NCBI GenBank assembly: GCA_000182565.2
Contig: KQ257454.1
Length of the DNA stretch: 64,000 nt
Reading direction: 5' to 3' (one strand)
Origin: Spizellomyces punctatus DAOM BR117
Lineage: Eukaryota
Shown here: piece after piece, positions 1 through 13,566 of the stretch
Layout: the number at the start of each line of letters is the position of its first letter
Numbering within the stretch: position 1 is the stretch's first letter
Program-made: the position numbers and the translations under genes
The notes under the pieces: model-generated
Seen by the model: the letters and a program-made list of their open reading frames with translations, nothing else
The model's database searches: none
Told to the model about the DNA's origin: nothing

Positions 1-268
1 GTTCTCGTTGACGTGCGAGTTCCGCTTCAATCGCTTGACGACGCCGCACCTCCATTTCTATCGCCCGACGCCTCTCCAGCTCCTCTTCAATTGCTCGTCG
101 CTGGATCTCTTCTTCGAGGGCTCGTCGACGCAACGCATCTTCGTAAGCTCTGCGACGCTGGGTTTCCTCGAACGCCCGTTGCCGTTGGGCGTCAAGTAGT
201 TGTTGACGGAAAAAGTCCCCAGGGTTTGCAACGGTATAGCGTGGTTCGTTAGGATATATATAGTACAT
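1..268 (-). CDS. 5' part of a gene running off the window; E/R-rich repeat helix protein of unknown function
   Basis: ATG at 268 opens a frame with no stop to base 1: MYYIYPNEPRYTVANPGDFFRQQLLDAQRQRAFEETQRRRAYEDALRRRALEEEIQRRAIEEELERRRAIEMEVRRRQAIEAELARQRE. Not in the ORF track because it has no stop in the window. Confidence 0.7.
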   Translation of the reverse strand, partial: MYYIYPNEPRYTVANPGDFFRQQLLDAQRQRAFEETQRRRAYEDALRRRALEEEIQRRAIEEELERRRAIEMEVRRRQAIEAELARQRE

Positions 269-917
269 GTTTGTCGCCTTGTATTTTGGTTTAACTTTCC
301 AGGTATGTAGTTTGGAAAACGTATGCAGTATTTGACGGGGGTTTTTATAGACCCCAAGGCTCACCATCCCATTACTAACTAGATGACTGTGCCACCTACG
401 TGATCTCATCCTCCAGCAAGTTCTACAAAGTTCTTCTGTACTCGCGTAGCCCCTAGATATGCCGACGAGCTACGTGAGCTTTCTAATATAACACTTGCCC
501 CTGCTTACAATTAACTTACTGACAAATGCTGTGGAGTTCTGGCGTAGAATAATCATCATACTGCTGTAGCTTTTCGCAATATGAGTAGTAATATCAAGCC
601 TCCCATCTCTTGCTGCAGTCGACAAAATGGATTGGGAGAACGAAATCATACAAAAAAAAACGTTACTTTTCGCCAAATCTGTGTAGCCACATCTTCACCA
701 ATTTGTTACAGATATATTCAAAATATTCAGCTATAACAAATGTCGCCAGATTACGGTATAATCTTTGTGCTTAAGTGAACTTTGCATTCACAAGAACACT
801 AGAAGTTTTTTGTGGATATTATAAGTACAGTGATGTGACATGCGCGTTCATGATGCTGGTTGTCTGTAGTAATGCAATGCTGCGATCCTGTGCAGCCCCT
901 TACCACCACTTAGCAGA

Positions 918-3900
918 CTATTGGATGTTTCTCCGAGTCCATCCACAGTCGCTATCAGGATCTCTTATCAACTTAAAATACACGTTCAGCAGGTCATAGC
1001 AGATTCATTCTGACAAAACTGGTTCTCACCTCAGAGGTAGGCCAATAATGCAGACCGAGCTTTATGCTCAATACGCATGGCACTAGATCAAAACTGATTG
1101 TCTTAATCCGTACGTATTCATTATCGGGCAAGCCCTTTACAGCATCAACGAAATCATCCAATGTGGTTACTTTCCGGCCGTTGACCGCGGTGATCCACTG
1201 TGTTGGAACAATTCCGTACATATACGATGGTGACCCTTTGGCACGGCCTGAGACGTAGATTCTCGAGGGAAGCTTTTTGGACTGTTGGAGAGCTGCGCGG
1301 TGCGGTTCTGTAATTGGAATCCCAATCGTTACCAACCGTTACGAGCGCGTGGACATCAAATCCTCCAATGACCTACCATGCAGGACAGCACCCGCCCAGA
1401 AAACTATCCGTTTTGTTCCTTCATTGTCAAACTCAGTCGTCGGTACCTTAACAGTAATTTCCTTCTTGGCTCTCAAGATCGTCACTTCCACATCACTACC
1501 CCATTCCTCATGAAGTTCCAACTCTTGAACTCGTGTGATGGTTTTTCCATTGACAGCTAAGATCAAATCCAGATCCTGTAGAACCTTAGCGGTCTCCGAC
1601 CCATTTTCTGTTCTTCGGATCAAAAACAATTGGCGCCGCTCCTTGTTTGCTGCCTCTACCTTTCGTACCCAGTCTTCGGATAGACCCTAAGGAAGGCATT
1701 CTGAGCAAGTGTCACGTCAATGTAAAAAAAAAAACACCAATCAAAGTACCATATGCCGAGCTTGAGACATCTGCACAGGCGTCACCTCAACAGCCAAACC
1801 CCTCAATTTTGGGGTCGCGTCTAGTCTCAATCGGCTTAGAATTGGTAGTAGGGTATCGATTCCGATGCCAAGGTGGTACTCTGTATCATGACCCGAATTC
1901 GTTCGCTCTCCCAGATAGCTCAACCACAAGCCTTGCGCTCGACCGTCCGCATCCACCAGTACCCCCGCAGAACACTGCTGAGCGAGAGGGGTGTCTAATG
2001 TGATAGCATCTACAGTAAGGATATTGACAAAAGTTAACTGTCTTCCATACTAATTTTGGTTAATGATCTTTAGGTGAGCTCTTACCAAAATTGATCGCAC
2101 GGAATCTAGGTGTTCCCGAATACGGAATTGTTACCGTGGTTATATCAGTAACTGTTGTTTCAATGGCAACTGGACGCTGGTTGTGATTCAATGCTACCAG
2201 TGACACGCGATGTCCTTGTCCAAGCTTTATTGGACTGACTGGTGCACTCTTGACGGGAGTCTCGCCGACCAACTGGGGATCATACGAAACGATTGCAAAA
2301 TTGTGCGTAGGATGTAGGAACACCGCTTTTCCCGGAACAATAATCGAATCGGCAAAAGTCAAAAGAATATCTCCCATGGTGAAAGGGACAATGTTACGAC
2401 CAACTACGACCAAACCCTTCTCTGCGTCGATTACAAGTCCTGCGCCCATTTTCTAGACAGAGGGAATGATGTGAAACTCGTTTCAAAGCCGGAAAAAGGC
2501 AACTCTCAGGCCGACTTCACCTGAATTTCTCTTACCCTTGACTTTGGAAAGCCTTCTATTCGGCAGGGAATGTACATACTGACTTTGACCTTTGCAAAAT
2601 GTCACTATTCACTTCCGAATGAAGCAGCCAAACAGACAAAGTAGCTACCAGTGAATGGAATAGGCTAGCTGCAGCTCCAAGACTTTGATCTAGTGTTGCA
2701 AATGTAGCGGTCATCGGCTTCAATGGCCTTGGGGGAGGAGGGCTGCCGAGATCGGTGAAGTCCCAAAGTCCTGTCTTATCTGCAGTTCAAAGCATCGCCA
2801 TTGTTAATATACAAAGACCTGTTAAGATAAGACCACAATGTATCACTGTACCGTTTCTGACTGCCAATCTGAACCCAGACCAATGTCGCTCTGCAGTCAC
2901 AACCGCCACGGATTTCGTGTGGACATCCAAAATAGAATAATATTCGACTGGGATTCTCTCGCGGTCCGGGATTTCTTTGAATGCCGCAATAAATTCATCC
3001 AAATTCGGTGTTGGCTTTGTATCGATGCTGCTGATAATCCAGCCATGATCCGAACCGTCTAAACGAAACATCCCGGCAGGCTCTGAGACATAAATACCCT
3101 CAACAGGCACACAAAACTGGCGTGCCAGCTGATATGAGACGTTGTTGAGCTTTGCCCCGCCAACCTCAAGATATCGATCCGGGGATCTGTGGACCTCGCA
3201 AATATGAGGTTTCATGCAAAGCTAGTCGGAGAGAAAACAGAAGGCGATACTCACATGCTATGCAAATCTTGCACAGTGAGAGTGAACTCCATGTCAGCAC
3301 CACCACGTTGGATTTTTATTTTGATCTCCTTTCCAACGCTAGCGTGACCCAATCAGAGATTTGAGACTTGGCAGGCAGAAATCAGTGTCTCCATTAGCAA
3401 CGCACCTGCTGTCAAGCACCTCCTCCAACGGGACAAATTTTGTCAGGTAATTATCGTTGACACTCAACAATATATCTCCTTCCTCGAGAAACGCTGACGC
3501 TGGACCTTTGGGTACGACAACCTCCGCAACGAGCATGCCAACTTCAGTAGGGAATAGATTTCGAATGTGCGCCTCAGTGGAGTCTGTAAGGCCGAGACGG
3601 CGAACTTCATCAAACGGCCGGTGACTAATATATAATCGTTGGTCATCACAATTATCAACATTGCTACCGGCAAATATGAGATGAACTCACAGGAACTGCA
3701 CTTGTATTGTGCCGCGGGGCACCACTTTGCCCTCTTGAATATACTTCAACGCTCTTGCCACCCCTACATTGGAATGTCCGCTCTATCTCAATTTCATCCA
3801 TAACAACATTAAAAAGTTACTTACGATCCAGAGGAAAGAAGAAATCCGTAGCCGCTCTCATATGCCCTCCCGCTTGAAGAGCAACCGCTTTTCCTTCAAT

Positions 3901-5020
3901 GTTCAATACCGGTGATCCTGATGACCCACCACTTGTACTTGACGCCGCTTGGAGGTAAAATCTGCATTCGAAAAGCTCTTAATATGTACCCAGCAGGATA
4001 TACTAAAACCTGTACAAGACAGTCTTACGTGTTGAAATCGTTGTACTGTTTGCGGTAACATGACGAGTGCGGGTTCAGCGAGAAAGAAAAGCAATAAAAG
4101 ACGAATCAGTTCCGCCCTACCGTCATCTCTCCATACTCTGGAGCATTTCTATCCAGCCGGGAAATGGATCCCGCCAAGATACTCAATTTCTCTCCCGCAT
4201 CGTTACTACGTAGCACGAATTAGCCCCATCCGACGGAGGGGAAGGGACATGTTCCTTACCCTACAACTCGAATATCCAATCCAACCTGGGCTAGGTCTGG
4301 CGCAAGCTGAATTTCAGTAACTGGCATATAGCGTATCTTTTTCGGATCAAATTTGAGTACGCTAATCACATCCATTAGCAAGATCTTGAGTTGCAAAATA
4401 CGATCATGAAGCTCACCCGAAATCATGCACCTTAAATTTGCAGTTATACACTGAGTCAGCAAGGATTTGTACATGATAAGTGCAAGCGGCCTACCGGATC
4501 CCGATATACTGGAAACACATCCACCTCCTCATGATCATGAAATACTGCTTCTCCAACGAAGGGACCTGCGCATGCCACATGTCGGTTTGTCAAGATAAGT
4601 CCCGCTGCGGCGTCTACTACGAAGCCCGACGCTAATTTTCCCGGGTCGCAAATATCAACCAAATAATCTGACTACATATAATGCCAAATGGTTGAATTGA
4701 TATGTACCTTCTGACGTATCGGGCCCGTCGGTATCGAATGCCGCAACTTGAGAAAATCTAATACTAACTATGGATGTTATGGCCCGTTCAATGGTACCCT
4801 GCCATTGAGGCTGGTGAGCAGCAGGGTATCCCAACGAAGGCTCCACCAGCGCTCCGTTTGAGGTGGAATGGTCGAGCTCTGGACGTTTTGCGACAGGAGC
4901 GGACACACCGTCCGAACGAGAGCGTTTTCGCTTTTGCGTAAGAGAGGGCTCCGTGGACGGGATAATATTCGACAGTTCCATATCCTCTTCTCTAGGGACT
5001 ACAGTTGGGTCGAGTTCCAT
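918..5020 (-). CDS. NMA111: Nuclear HtrA-like serine protease Nma111/Ynm3 (two protease-PDZ modules), multi-exon
   Basis: Catalytic motifs LTNRHV, VHDFG (14-nt exon 4417-4430) and SGGSSGSP; duplicated protease-like domain ([15 protein letters not shown]); PDZ-like segments; basic N-terminal NLS QKRKRSR; last exon ends ...GWTRRNIQ* at 918. Confidence 0.93.
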
Positions 5021-5108
5021 AGTGTGTGCTGTGCGTAATTGCAGGTGAAATACGATCTGGAACTGCTATTCAAAGGCCCCACATCGCCATTCTGGTCAGG
5101 TCAGTTTT

Positions 5109-5122
5109 GTTGCCATGGAAAC
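5109..5122. promoter_or_regulatory. X-box (RFX-family binding site) GTTGCCATGGAAAC
   Basis: Exact match to the palindromic GTTNCC-AT-GGNAAC consensus, in the ~230-bp divergent intergenic region between NMA111 and the small membrane-protein gene. Confidence 0.55.
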
Positions 5123-5252
5123 ACCAGATCCACCAGATCGCCCAACTTTAAGTTACCCGACCCCTTTGTTTGTGCTGCTGCGCACTCCCTACCCGCACAA
5201 AACGCGGCCACGGACACAGGGTTCCTTTTGGTCTCTTGGCTCGCGCTGTGCT

Positions 5253-5983
5253 ATGGCAATGTTAAGTAGGAACCTGTTCCAGAGTATAATCGTTGCTGTC
5301 TCCTCGTGGGTACCATTTTTGTCCATTAATGGGGGAATTGAGATACTAACGTATTCTTTTAGTGTGCTCTTTGCATTATGGGCACAGGATATCTCTAGCC
5401 CTTGGATTCGTCTCTTATTCTACGCCGAAGCTGCAGGTTTGTAAATTTCGCGTCACAAAAGAGCTGGGATAGCATTTGATGCAATGTGTTCAATTCCCAG
5501 TCCAAGCATTGCTCTCGCTTTCTGGGTTCATCAACAATGGCTCCCGTGGTAAAAAGGGATTCTTGTATCACGAACACGGCAATGTGTATCTGCACAATCT
5601 GATCGCCGTCAACACAGGGTTCGGTTCAGCTTGTATTTAACTTTGCTCGACGATACTCCTGTTGATGCTGACAAAATAATCTTTTTTTTAGAGTTTTGGT
5701 CACTATCCGCCTTTGTCTTGTTTTTCACGTTCAGTACCAGGAGAAACGTGCATTGCCGGTGGTAGCAGCAGGAATGTTATTGCGACATTTGAAGTTCCAC
5801 CAGGCATTCGGAATCCTGATTCTGGTCAACTTCATCTGGGCTTGGGTCGACCAGTCGTTGGCAGTGGCATTATACAGCGTGAATTGCGCTGTGGCTTCTA
5901 TTCTGAAAGGCAGGTTCCCGTCCTGGGCGGCCGAGATTCTGAACATTTCGATATGGTTCTTCATGAAGCGTGATTTCTCGTAA
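5253..5983 (+). CDS. Small multi-pass membrane protein of unknown function (~175 aa, 4 exons)
   Basis: Three GT-AG introns join in frame to give MAMLSRNLFQSIIVAVSSVLFALWAQDISSPWIRLLFYAEAAVQALLSLSGFINNG...NLIAVNTGVLVTIRLCLVF...FGILILVNFIWAW...WFFMKRDFS*, with several hydrophobic segments. Confidence 0.65.
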
Positions 5984-6222
5984 TAAATCGGAACGGACAT
6001 TATGGACATAATATATGGTGGGTTAGGGATATTAGGGTATTATTCAGTCCATTAAAATAAAATGGCCCCGTTTCTATTGACACGGTTATTTGCCAATATG
6101 TATATCCTCGCTTTGTGCTCTATTTGTTGTCCATAGGTGGACCACCAACATCACGTCCCTTCTTCTACATGGCATTAACAAATCTTCTGAAATGCCAAAG
6201 AAGAGTAAATAGGTTTTAAGAA

Positions 6223-7191
6223 TCAGGCTACCCTCCAAACCACACCAGTGGTAAATGCATTTTCCTCAAGATACTCCGTTGTCTCCTTAACCATCTCGTA
6301 CTCTCCAACCTTATCCAATACGAGGTCCCCGATTTCCACAGTTTTGCTGCCAGTGTCCAACATTTCGTCTGAAAACGCATGACGTCCTGGATCTCCAACG
6401 AAGACTTCCATGCCCATGTTCCGTGCCTCTTTGATCCAACGACGGACAGACAATGACATATCTGAGTCATAAAACATGTCTCCTATCCAAGCTATGTCTA
6501 CACCTTCAAATACAGCGGGTGATGGGGTCAAGCAATTTCTGGAATCCAATATAAGGCTTTTAGCAGAACCAAGATTGGAAATTACATTCACTTTTGACGC
6601 TGCTAATGCGTAAGGATCAACGTCATTCGCAATAGCCAGTTTTGCACCGTTAAGGAGGGCTGCAGCACAAACTGAGCCACAGCCAGAACCCAGGTCGAGA
6701 ATGACTTTGTTCCTAACCAGAGAAGGTGTTGCGAGGATATGCTTTGTAAGGGCTTGTCCACCTGTTACATAATGTGTGGGGCTTCAATAGGTGTTCTACA
6801 TTGTAAACGGCACACTATCTCAATCATACTCACCTGGCCAGTAGACAGCCCAATAAGGAATGCCAATCCCACTGTTATCCAGCTCGTATTCACCCCAGGT
6901 CCACATTGATGACTTTGGAGTTATGAGGTTTAGTTGCAACTCTGGTGTTAGTTTTGGACGAATAAGGGTCGTATTCCCCTTCACGAACCGCTCATGAGAG
7001 CTCGAAATGGCGGGTCCCCATCCTGCTTGCTGCAATACAGGTCCTCTTTGCGAGCAAGATAAACGGGCATGGGGTGTGAGTATCTTCACTGTAAACTTCA
7101 AGGCCCACAAAGTTCGCCTTCCTCTCATTGGCTGTGGTAGGACAGGACGTTCAAGGGCAATGTAGTTTTTAGCTTGAGTCATCTTTTGCAT
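6223..7191 (-). CDS. ETFBKMT: Protein-lysine methyltransferase, ETF-beta methyltransferase (METTL20) family
   Basis: PELQLNLITP, PYWAVYWPGGQAL across one intron, SAM motif I ILDLGSGCG, NDVDP, GDMFYD and VFVGDPGR. Start codon uncertain. Confidence 0.85.
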
Positions 7192-7449
7192 TTGGGGGTT
7201 ATAGCCACGTGATCCGGGTTACGTAAAGTCGGACTGAACCAAATTCTCCGAGGTCGACAATATATTATCTCGAAAATAACTTGGAACGCAACTGAAGTAT
7301 TTTCACATATAGCCAGATCTTTGCTTTTCTAAGCCAGTTCTGGTCGCCTGCTGACTGAGAGTGGGTGAAGGGTTCATCGCAAACAGTAGGTTCAGCTTCC
7401 GTCAATCTAAATGTTGGGTATACTGATTATCTGGAAACAGCGGCAAGAT

Positions 7450-10015
7450 ATGACCGAGATACGTACAGCTTCCCGGGATAAGATCCCCTTCCTCCCAGGA
7501 AACTCCATTAGAGATACAGCTGTAAGGCCTGTTTCGTGATCAACGGAAAGGATCACAAATCTAACATATCAAGTACTGCGGGACTTGACAGAGATCCGAC
7601 TTCCGTCTTTGTCAAACCTTGGACTACAAAAACGGCTATCCTATTCGTCGCGTGGAGCTTCCTCCTGACCTCCAATCACCAGAACAGCTATTGAACGCTG
7701 CTGGGGCAGACCCATGGATAACTTATGCAGAGCAGACGGGACATGGTCGTCTTTCTAGAAGTGAGAGCAGAGGAGCGTCAGCAGCTGAAGAAGAACGCTT
7801 TGTTCCAGCGCACGTTGCATTTGACAAAGTGGTGCGTAGATTTGTTTGCTGGAAGCGAAAAGTTTTGTAAAGATGCTCATTACATACTCCAGGTTCTTCG
7901 TTTCGACGCATACTTTAAACAAACCGTACATGAATCCATTGAACAATATCATCTTCGTCGTGTTCGTATTCTGTACTATGTCGAAGACGATTCGATCGCT
8001 GTTGTCGAACCGCCTGTCGAAAATAGCGGTATACCACAAGGAGTTTTAATTAAGAGGCAACGCATGCCCAAAGATACTACCTCGTTTCTACACTATCCGT
8101 GATTTCAATAGGGGTTTGAATGTGACCTTCTATGGGAAAACGTTTAGAATAGTTGGATGTGACAAGTTTACTGAGGTGGGCGTTCCGGAACCGTCAAGCC
8201 CAACAACATCGCCGATAAGACGTATCTAAATCTAACCCTTCCCTCTATAAGTCGTACATGCAAGAGACCGAACACATAGCCCTAAACCCTCCGGAGCCTA
8301 TGCCTGTAGACCCTCACGAAGTGATCCGCTCTCGTCCAACTCGAATATATACCGCAGGATCAAAGGGCCCTGATAAGTTGAAGAGGTTTCTCGAGAATGA
8401 CCGGAAAGTATTGCGATTTTACTGCATATGGGACGACCGGGATAGCATGTTTGGGGAGCTGCGAGAATTTGTAAGTGCAAGAGGTCCACTGCTGTACGCT
8501 CCCGCTGCAGATAATGCTCAAAAAAACCTCAATCAAGGTCCTCCACTATTACCTCGTCGACGACAGCGTAGAGGTCCGTGAGGTGCAAAAGCCTAACAAT
8601 GGTCGTGATCCATTTCCTATTCTGTTGAGGCGACAACAATTACCCAAGGCCTTCAAAGATCTGTCTGGTAAAGTATAAGGTAACCCTTTGGGAGCTAACC
8701 GGACGCTGACATGAATATGCCAACCTCCTTACAAGATGTCAGCGATACAGCCAAATACACCTGGAAAGACTTCCGCGTAGGCAATGTCATCAACGTACTG
8801 GGACGACCCTTCCTCATGTGAGATATATTCAGGACACATCAATGACTCACAAGAAGCTCAATTCTGTCTTTCAGTCGAGACTGCGATGACTACACACGTA
8901 AATTCTATGCAGAGCACCTGAATCTTGCTCCCAACGACATGAAACCTTTGGATCTCAAGCTAGACAAAACCGACAAAGACGTGGAGGTTATATTGTTAAC
9001 ATTAACGTCAGCATTTGCATGAAAATGAGTTGCTAATTAGTTTTTCTCAATCAGGAAATACCTCCATACAACGGTTTTGGTTCTGTGGAAGACTCTCTTG
9101 GATCCGTCAAGTATCTTGTACTAAAGCCTCCGAAGAAAGACTTCATAAAAATGCTCGAAAACGAGCACAAGGTGCTACGCTTTGTTGCCAAAATGGTATG
9201 TTGTTGAGCAAGCATGACCGGCCAATTACTGGTCGCCTCATTTTCGTGTTAGGGCTCCAAGCATAAAGAAGACCGTGATCGTCGTTTTGTTATTACTTAT
9301 CGTCTCGCCGATGATATGATGACTATCTACGAGCCCCCTCAAAGGTAGGGTGACAGTTCACTTGCGAGTTGAACATTTACTTTTTAGCTAAGTCTGGCAT
9401 CTCTCCAATATAGAAATGCGGGAGTTATTGGCGGAAAGTTCATGGAGCGCACTCGTGTTCTTCTTCCTGGCTCGTCCTTGTCAGATCCGCGCGGTCCGCG
9501 ATATTACACTGCAAAAGATCTCTATGTTGGTGCTACTGTTACAGTCTTCGCTCATCGCTTTATTCTGCTGGATGCCGATGAGTTAGTCAAGTGTGAGGAC
9601 GTTTTTCTTGCCAAAATACTGACTGCTCATTTCTCCCAGATATGTCTTCAACTATATGGAAAAAGACCCGGCATCGTTTCCCCAGAGCGACTGTGGACGG
9701 ATTCTTACAAGAGCGCGTTCTTTAATCAAACAGTGTGGTGGGGATGCCGCAAAAAAGCAAGTTGAAGATGTATGTGCCCGTGAAGACGCTACCGGCTCGG
9801 GAAGATGTGCACGGCAAACTCTCGTCGCAGCGGGTCGAGAAATCTGGGGTATCGACTTGAGTGACCATGTAAGCAAATATGTTATTGATGGGCAGAAAGT
9901 TAATTTCACTGGGACTTCTAACAACATTCTGCTGCAGGAAATTATTACGCTCGCGCGTCAGTTTGAAGATTCACAACGTCAGGTAGACTATAAGCGGCTT
10001 GTAGCTGCTCTTTGA
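7450..10015 (+). CDS. EFHC1: EFHC1/Rib72 axonemal microtubule inner protein (3 DM10 domains, degenerate EF-hand-like tail); has a +1 frameshift near 8085-8101
   Basis: N-terminal [30 protein letters not shown], three DM10 repeats (VLRF...DD...EP...NSG/NAG), PPYNGFGS linker. The exon junctions I checked (through ~9196) are otherwise in frame. Confidence 0.92.
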
Positions 10016-10315
10016 GAAGGCCCGAATAGAGTACAGATAACTGCGTCTTGCCAAGTGTAAAACTCCTTCAAAATGTGTAATTAAATGCCGCACTATTCTA
10101 GTAGTTGGTGGACTCTCCACGCTTACTGTTCAGATACGTTTTGCCCATCATGCGAGAACTGGTGCTTTCCGTAATAAACATGATCATGGTTAAACATGGT
10201 TGGAAGCTTCACTAAAATCGGATAAGGTGAAATTTATGCACGTGACTCCGATCTGGTTCAAAGTTGCTTGGGTTACTTGCAGGTGGACTTCGCTTCGTCG
10301 GTCCTCCTCGACAAC

Positions 10316-13300
10316 ATGAGCGACGCACAATTCCGAACATGGGTTTCCGATAACGTTATGAAGCTTCTCGGCATGTCCGAGAAAACTGTTGTGGATTACA
10401 TTATTGCCTCGGCAAAGTCGGCAAAGTCCGAAGCTGCTCTGTCTAGATCGCTGGAAGCAGCCGACCTACCTGCAACAGCGGACGCCAGACGGTTTGTATC
10501 AGAGCTCTATACACGCATGGATCGCCCGTTATTGTCCTCCAAAAAGTCACAACGACGAGCTGCTGAGAAAGAAACGGTTCGCCTCATACAAAAGAATCAA
10601 CAATTCGGCTTGTTGTTGGATGATGACGAAGTGGTGGATGGCATGGATATAGATGGCGAGCAGTCGAGGAAGAGGGACCGAAAAGAAAAGAAAGAAAAGA
10701 AGAAACTAAGGAAGAGAAATGAAGAGGAGACAGCAAAAGGTTGGGAGAAGGACTCAGACGATGAGCCGCCACTGAAGCGAACGAGACGAGATTCCATACC
10801 CAAGGAAGAGTCGGATGACGAATATACCAGGGACGAGAAGGCAAGAGAACAGGACTTGAAAGAGCGAGATGAGTTTGCGGCGAGGCTGCGTGAGAGAGAT
10901 AAGGAGAAGACTAAGAAGCTAGTGGAGGACAGGTCATCCAAGCAGGAGGCGGAAGCTAAGAAGAGACGCTCAATAGCGGAGGACAAGGAGGCTCGTAATC
11001 AAGCCATGCCAGACATACGTGAGCGATCTCGGCAAGAGTATCTTAAGAAGCGTGAAGATCAGCGACTCCAGCTATTGCAGAAGAGGATCGAGGATGAGGA
11101 GTTCCTGTTCCATAACGAAAAATTGACAAAACGTGAGCGTAAAGAGCATGAATTGAATAAGCAGGTACTTGAGATCACCCGGGAGAGGCTACGATTAAGT
11201 GACAAGGTGGAGGGGTATCAAATGCCGCAGGACTACATCACGGAAAAAGGAAAATTGGATAAGAAAAAACAGGAGTCTGTTTTGTATGCGCGGTATGAAG
11301 ACAACGGAGATATTGAGAGTTTCGTTACGGAGCAAGAGCAATGGGAACAGAATCAGATTGTTAAGTCGCTTGCGAAAGTCGGGACCAAGGACAAAGCAAA
11401 GAAAGACGAGGAGGACTTCGAGTATGTTTTTGATGATGAGCAACGCGTTGACTTTATTCTCGAAGCTGTGGCAGAGAAAGAGGAGCTGGCCGCGGAGACT
11501 GGCCCGCAAGTTACCGAAGCCGAGCGAAAAGCCATGTCTATGAAAGAGGTTCGAGAGTCTTTGCCGGTTTTCACTTATCGTGAAGAATTATTGTCTGCCG
11601 TGGAACAGTTCCAGGTGCTGATCATAGTTGGGGAGACGGGATCCGGCAAAACGACCCAAATACCGCAGTACTTGCATGAGGCTGGTTACACCAAAAAGGG
11701 CAAGATTGGATGCACACAACCACGACGTGTTGCAGCCATGAGTGTCGCGGCGCGTGTTGCAGACGAGATGGGGACCAAGTTGGGGTCAGAGGTTGGATAT
11801 TCCATCCGGTTTGAGGACTGCACCTCCGACAAGACTATTTTGAAGTACATGACAGATGGCATGCTTCTCCGCGAGTTCTTAACCGAGCCGGACTTGGCTA
11901 GTTACAGCTGTCTGATAATCGATGAAGCGCACGAGCGTACGCTACACACAGATATTTTGTTTGGCTTGGTCAAGGATATATCCCGCTTTCGGCCAGACTT
12001 GAAGCTTCTGATATCCAGCGCCACGATGGATGCCGAGAAGTTTTCACAATATTTTGATGACGCCCCCATCTTCAATATCCCTGGACGTCGTTTCCCTGTC
12101 GAAACATACCACACAGCAGCACCTGAGGCCAACTATCTCGCGGCCGCTATAACCACCATCATGACAATACACATCACTCAACCCAAGGGAGACATCCTGT
12201 TATTTTTGACGGGCCAGGAGGAAATTGAACAAGCTGATGAAGGCCTCCGAGCAATTTGTCGACAGCTAGGTAGTAAAATAGCGGAGCTCATCATCGTACC
12301 TTGTTACGCAAATCTACCGTCGGATTTGCAAGCCAAGATCTTTGAGCCGACCCCAGAGGGAGCGCGGAAAGTGGTACTAGCGACAAACATTGCGGAAACC
12401 TCAATTACGATTGACGGCGTGGTTTATGTGATCGATCCCGGTTTTGAGAAACAAAACAACTACAACCCAAGAACAGGGATGGAGTCATTGGTCGTAGTTC
12501 CCTGTTCAAGAGCATCGGCGAACCAACGGAAAGGTCGTGCGGGTCGTGTGGGACCCGGAAAGTGCTTCCGACTGTACACAGCTTGGGCATACCAGAACGA
12601 GCTGGAAGAGAATACCGTTCCAGAAATCCAGCGAACAAATATGGGAAACACAGTACTCCTCCTGAAATCCCTGGGAATCAATGATTTGATGAACTTTGAC
12701 TTCATGGATGCCCCGCCAGCTGAGACGCTCATCCGCGCATTAGAGCAATTGTATGCTTTAGGTGCTTTAAACGATCGAGGGGAGCTTACAAAACTGGGAC
12801 GGAGAATGGCAGAGTTTCCCTTGGACCCAATGCTCAGCAAAACCATCATTGCGGCAGAAAAATACGGCTGTACGGATGAAATCGTGTCGATCATATCGAT
12901 GCTTTCCGTCGGAAATTCCATTTTCTACCGTCCAAAAAATGAGCACGTTCACGCAGACCAAGCGCGGAAGAACTTTTTCCGACCAGGTGGTGATCACCTC
13001 ATGCTGCTGGCAGTATGGAATACGTATGTAGAGACAAATTATTCCATCAACTGGTGTTACGAAAATTACATTCAACATCGATCAATGAAACGAGCCCGGG
13101 ATCTTCGAGACCAGTTAACTGGTTTGATGGAACGAACAGAGGTGCCTCTAGTAACAAATCCAGATCCTGGCAATACAGTTCCCATCCGGAAAGCTCTTAC
13201 CGCCGGATTTTTCTACAACACGGCCCGACTCCAAAAGAGTGGGGATAGCTACCGAACAATCAAGCACAACCAAACCGTTCTTATACATCCGAGCAGTAGT

Positions 13301-13566
13301 TTATTCCAGGAGAATCCGAAATGGGTGCTGTACTTCGAGCTGGTGATGACAAGCAAGGAATACATGAGACAAGTCATTGAGATCCAGTCGGAGTGGCTGT
13401 TGGAGGGTAAGTTTTCCGTTTGATAAAACATCTGGAAATTTGCATACTAACGGCCTTATTTCACGTAGTTGCTCCACACTACTACAAAGCCAAGGAGCTA
13501 GAGGATGAATCGTCGCGAAAAATGCCAAAAAGGCAAGGGAAGGCGCCAGATGCAGGACGACTATAG
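10316..13566 (+). CDS. PRP2: Spliceosomal DEAH-box helicase Prp2/Cdc28/DHX16
   Basis: GETGSGKTTQIPQYL, DEAH, SAT, QRKGRAGR; PWI-like N-terminus, EQEQWEQ segment; one intron near 13408-13468, ending APHYYKAKEL...GRL*. Confidence 0.95.

Noticed and set aside
5731-6009. Minus-strand 92-aa ORF (also 5395-5595)
   Set aside because: Antisense shadow of the spliced plus-strand membrane-protein gene.
7343-7355. Degenerate X-box upstream of EFHC1
   Set aside because: Only a half-site match, expected by chance.
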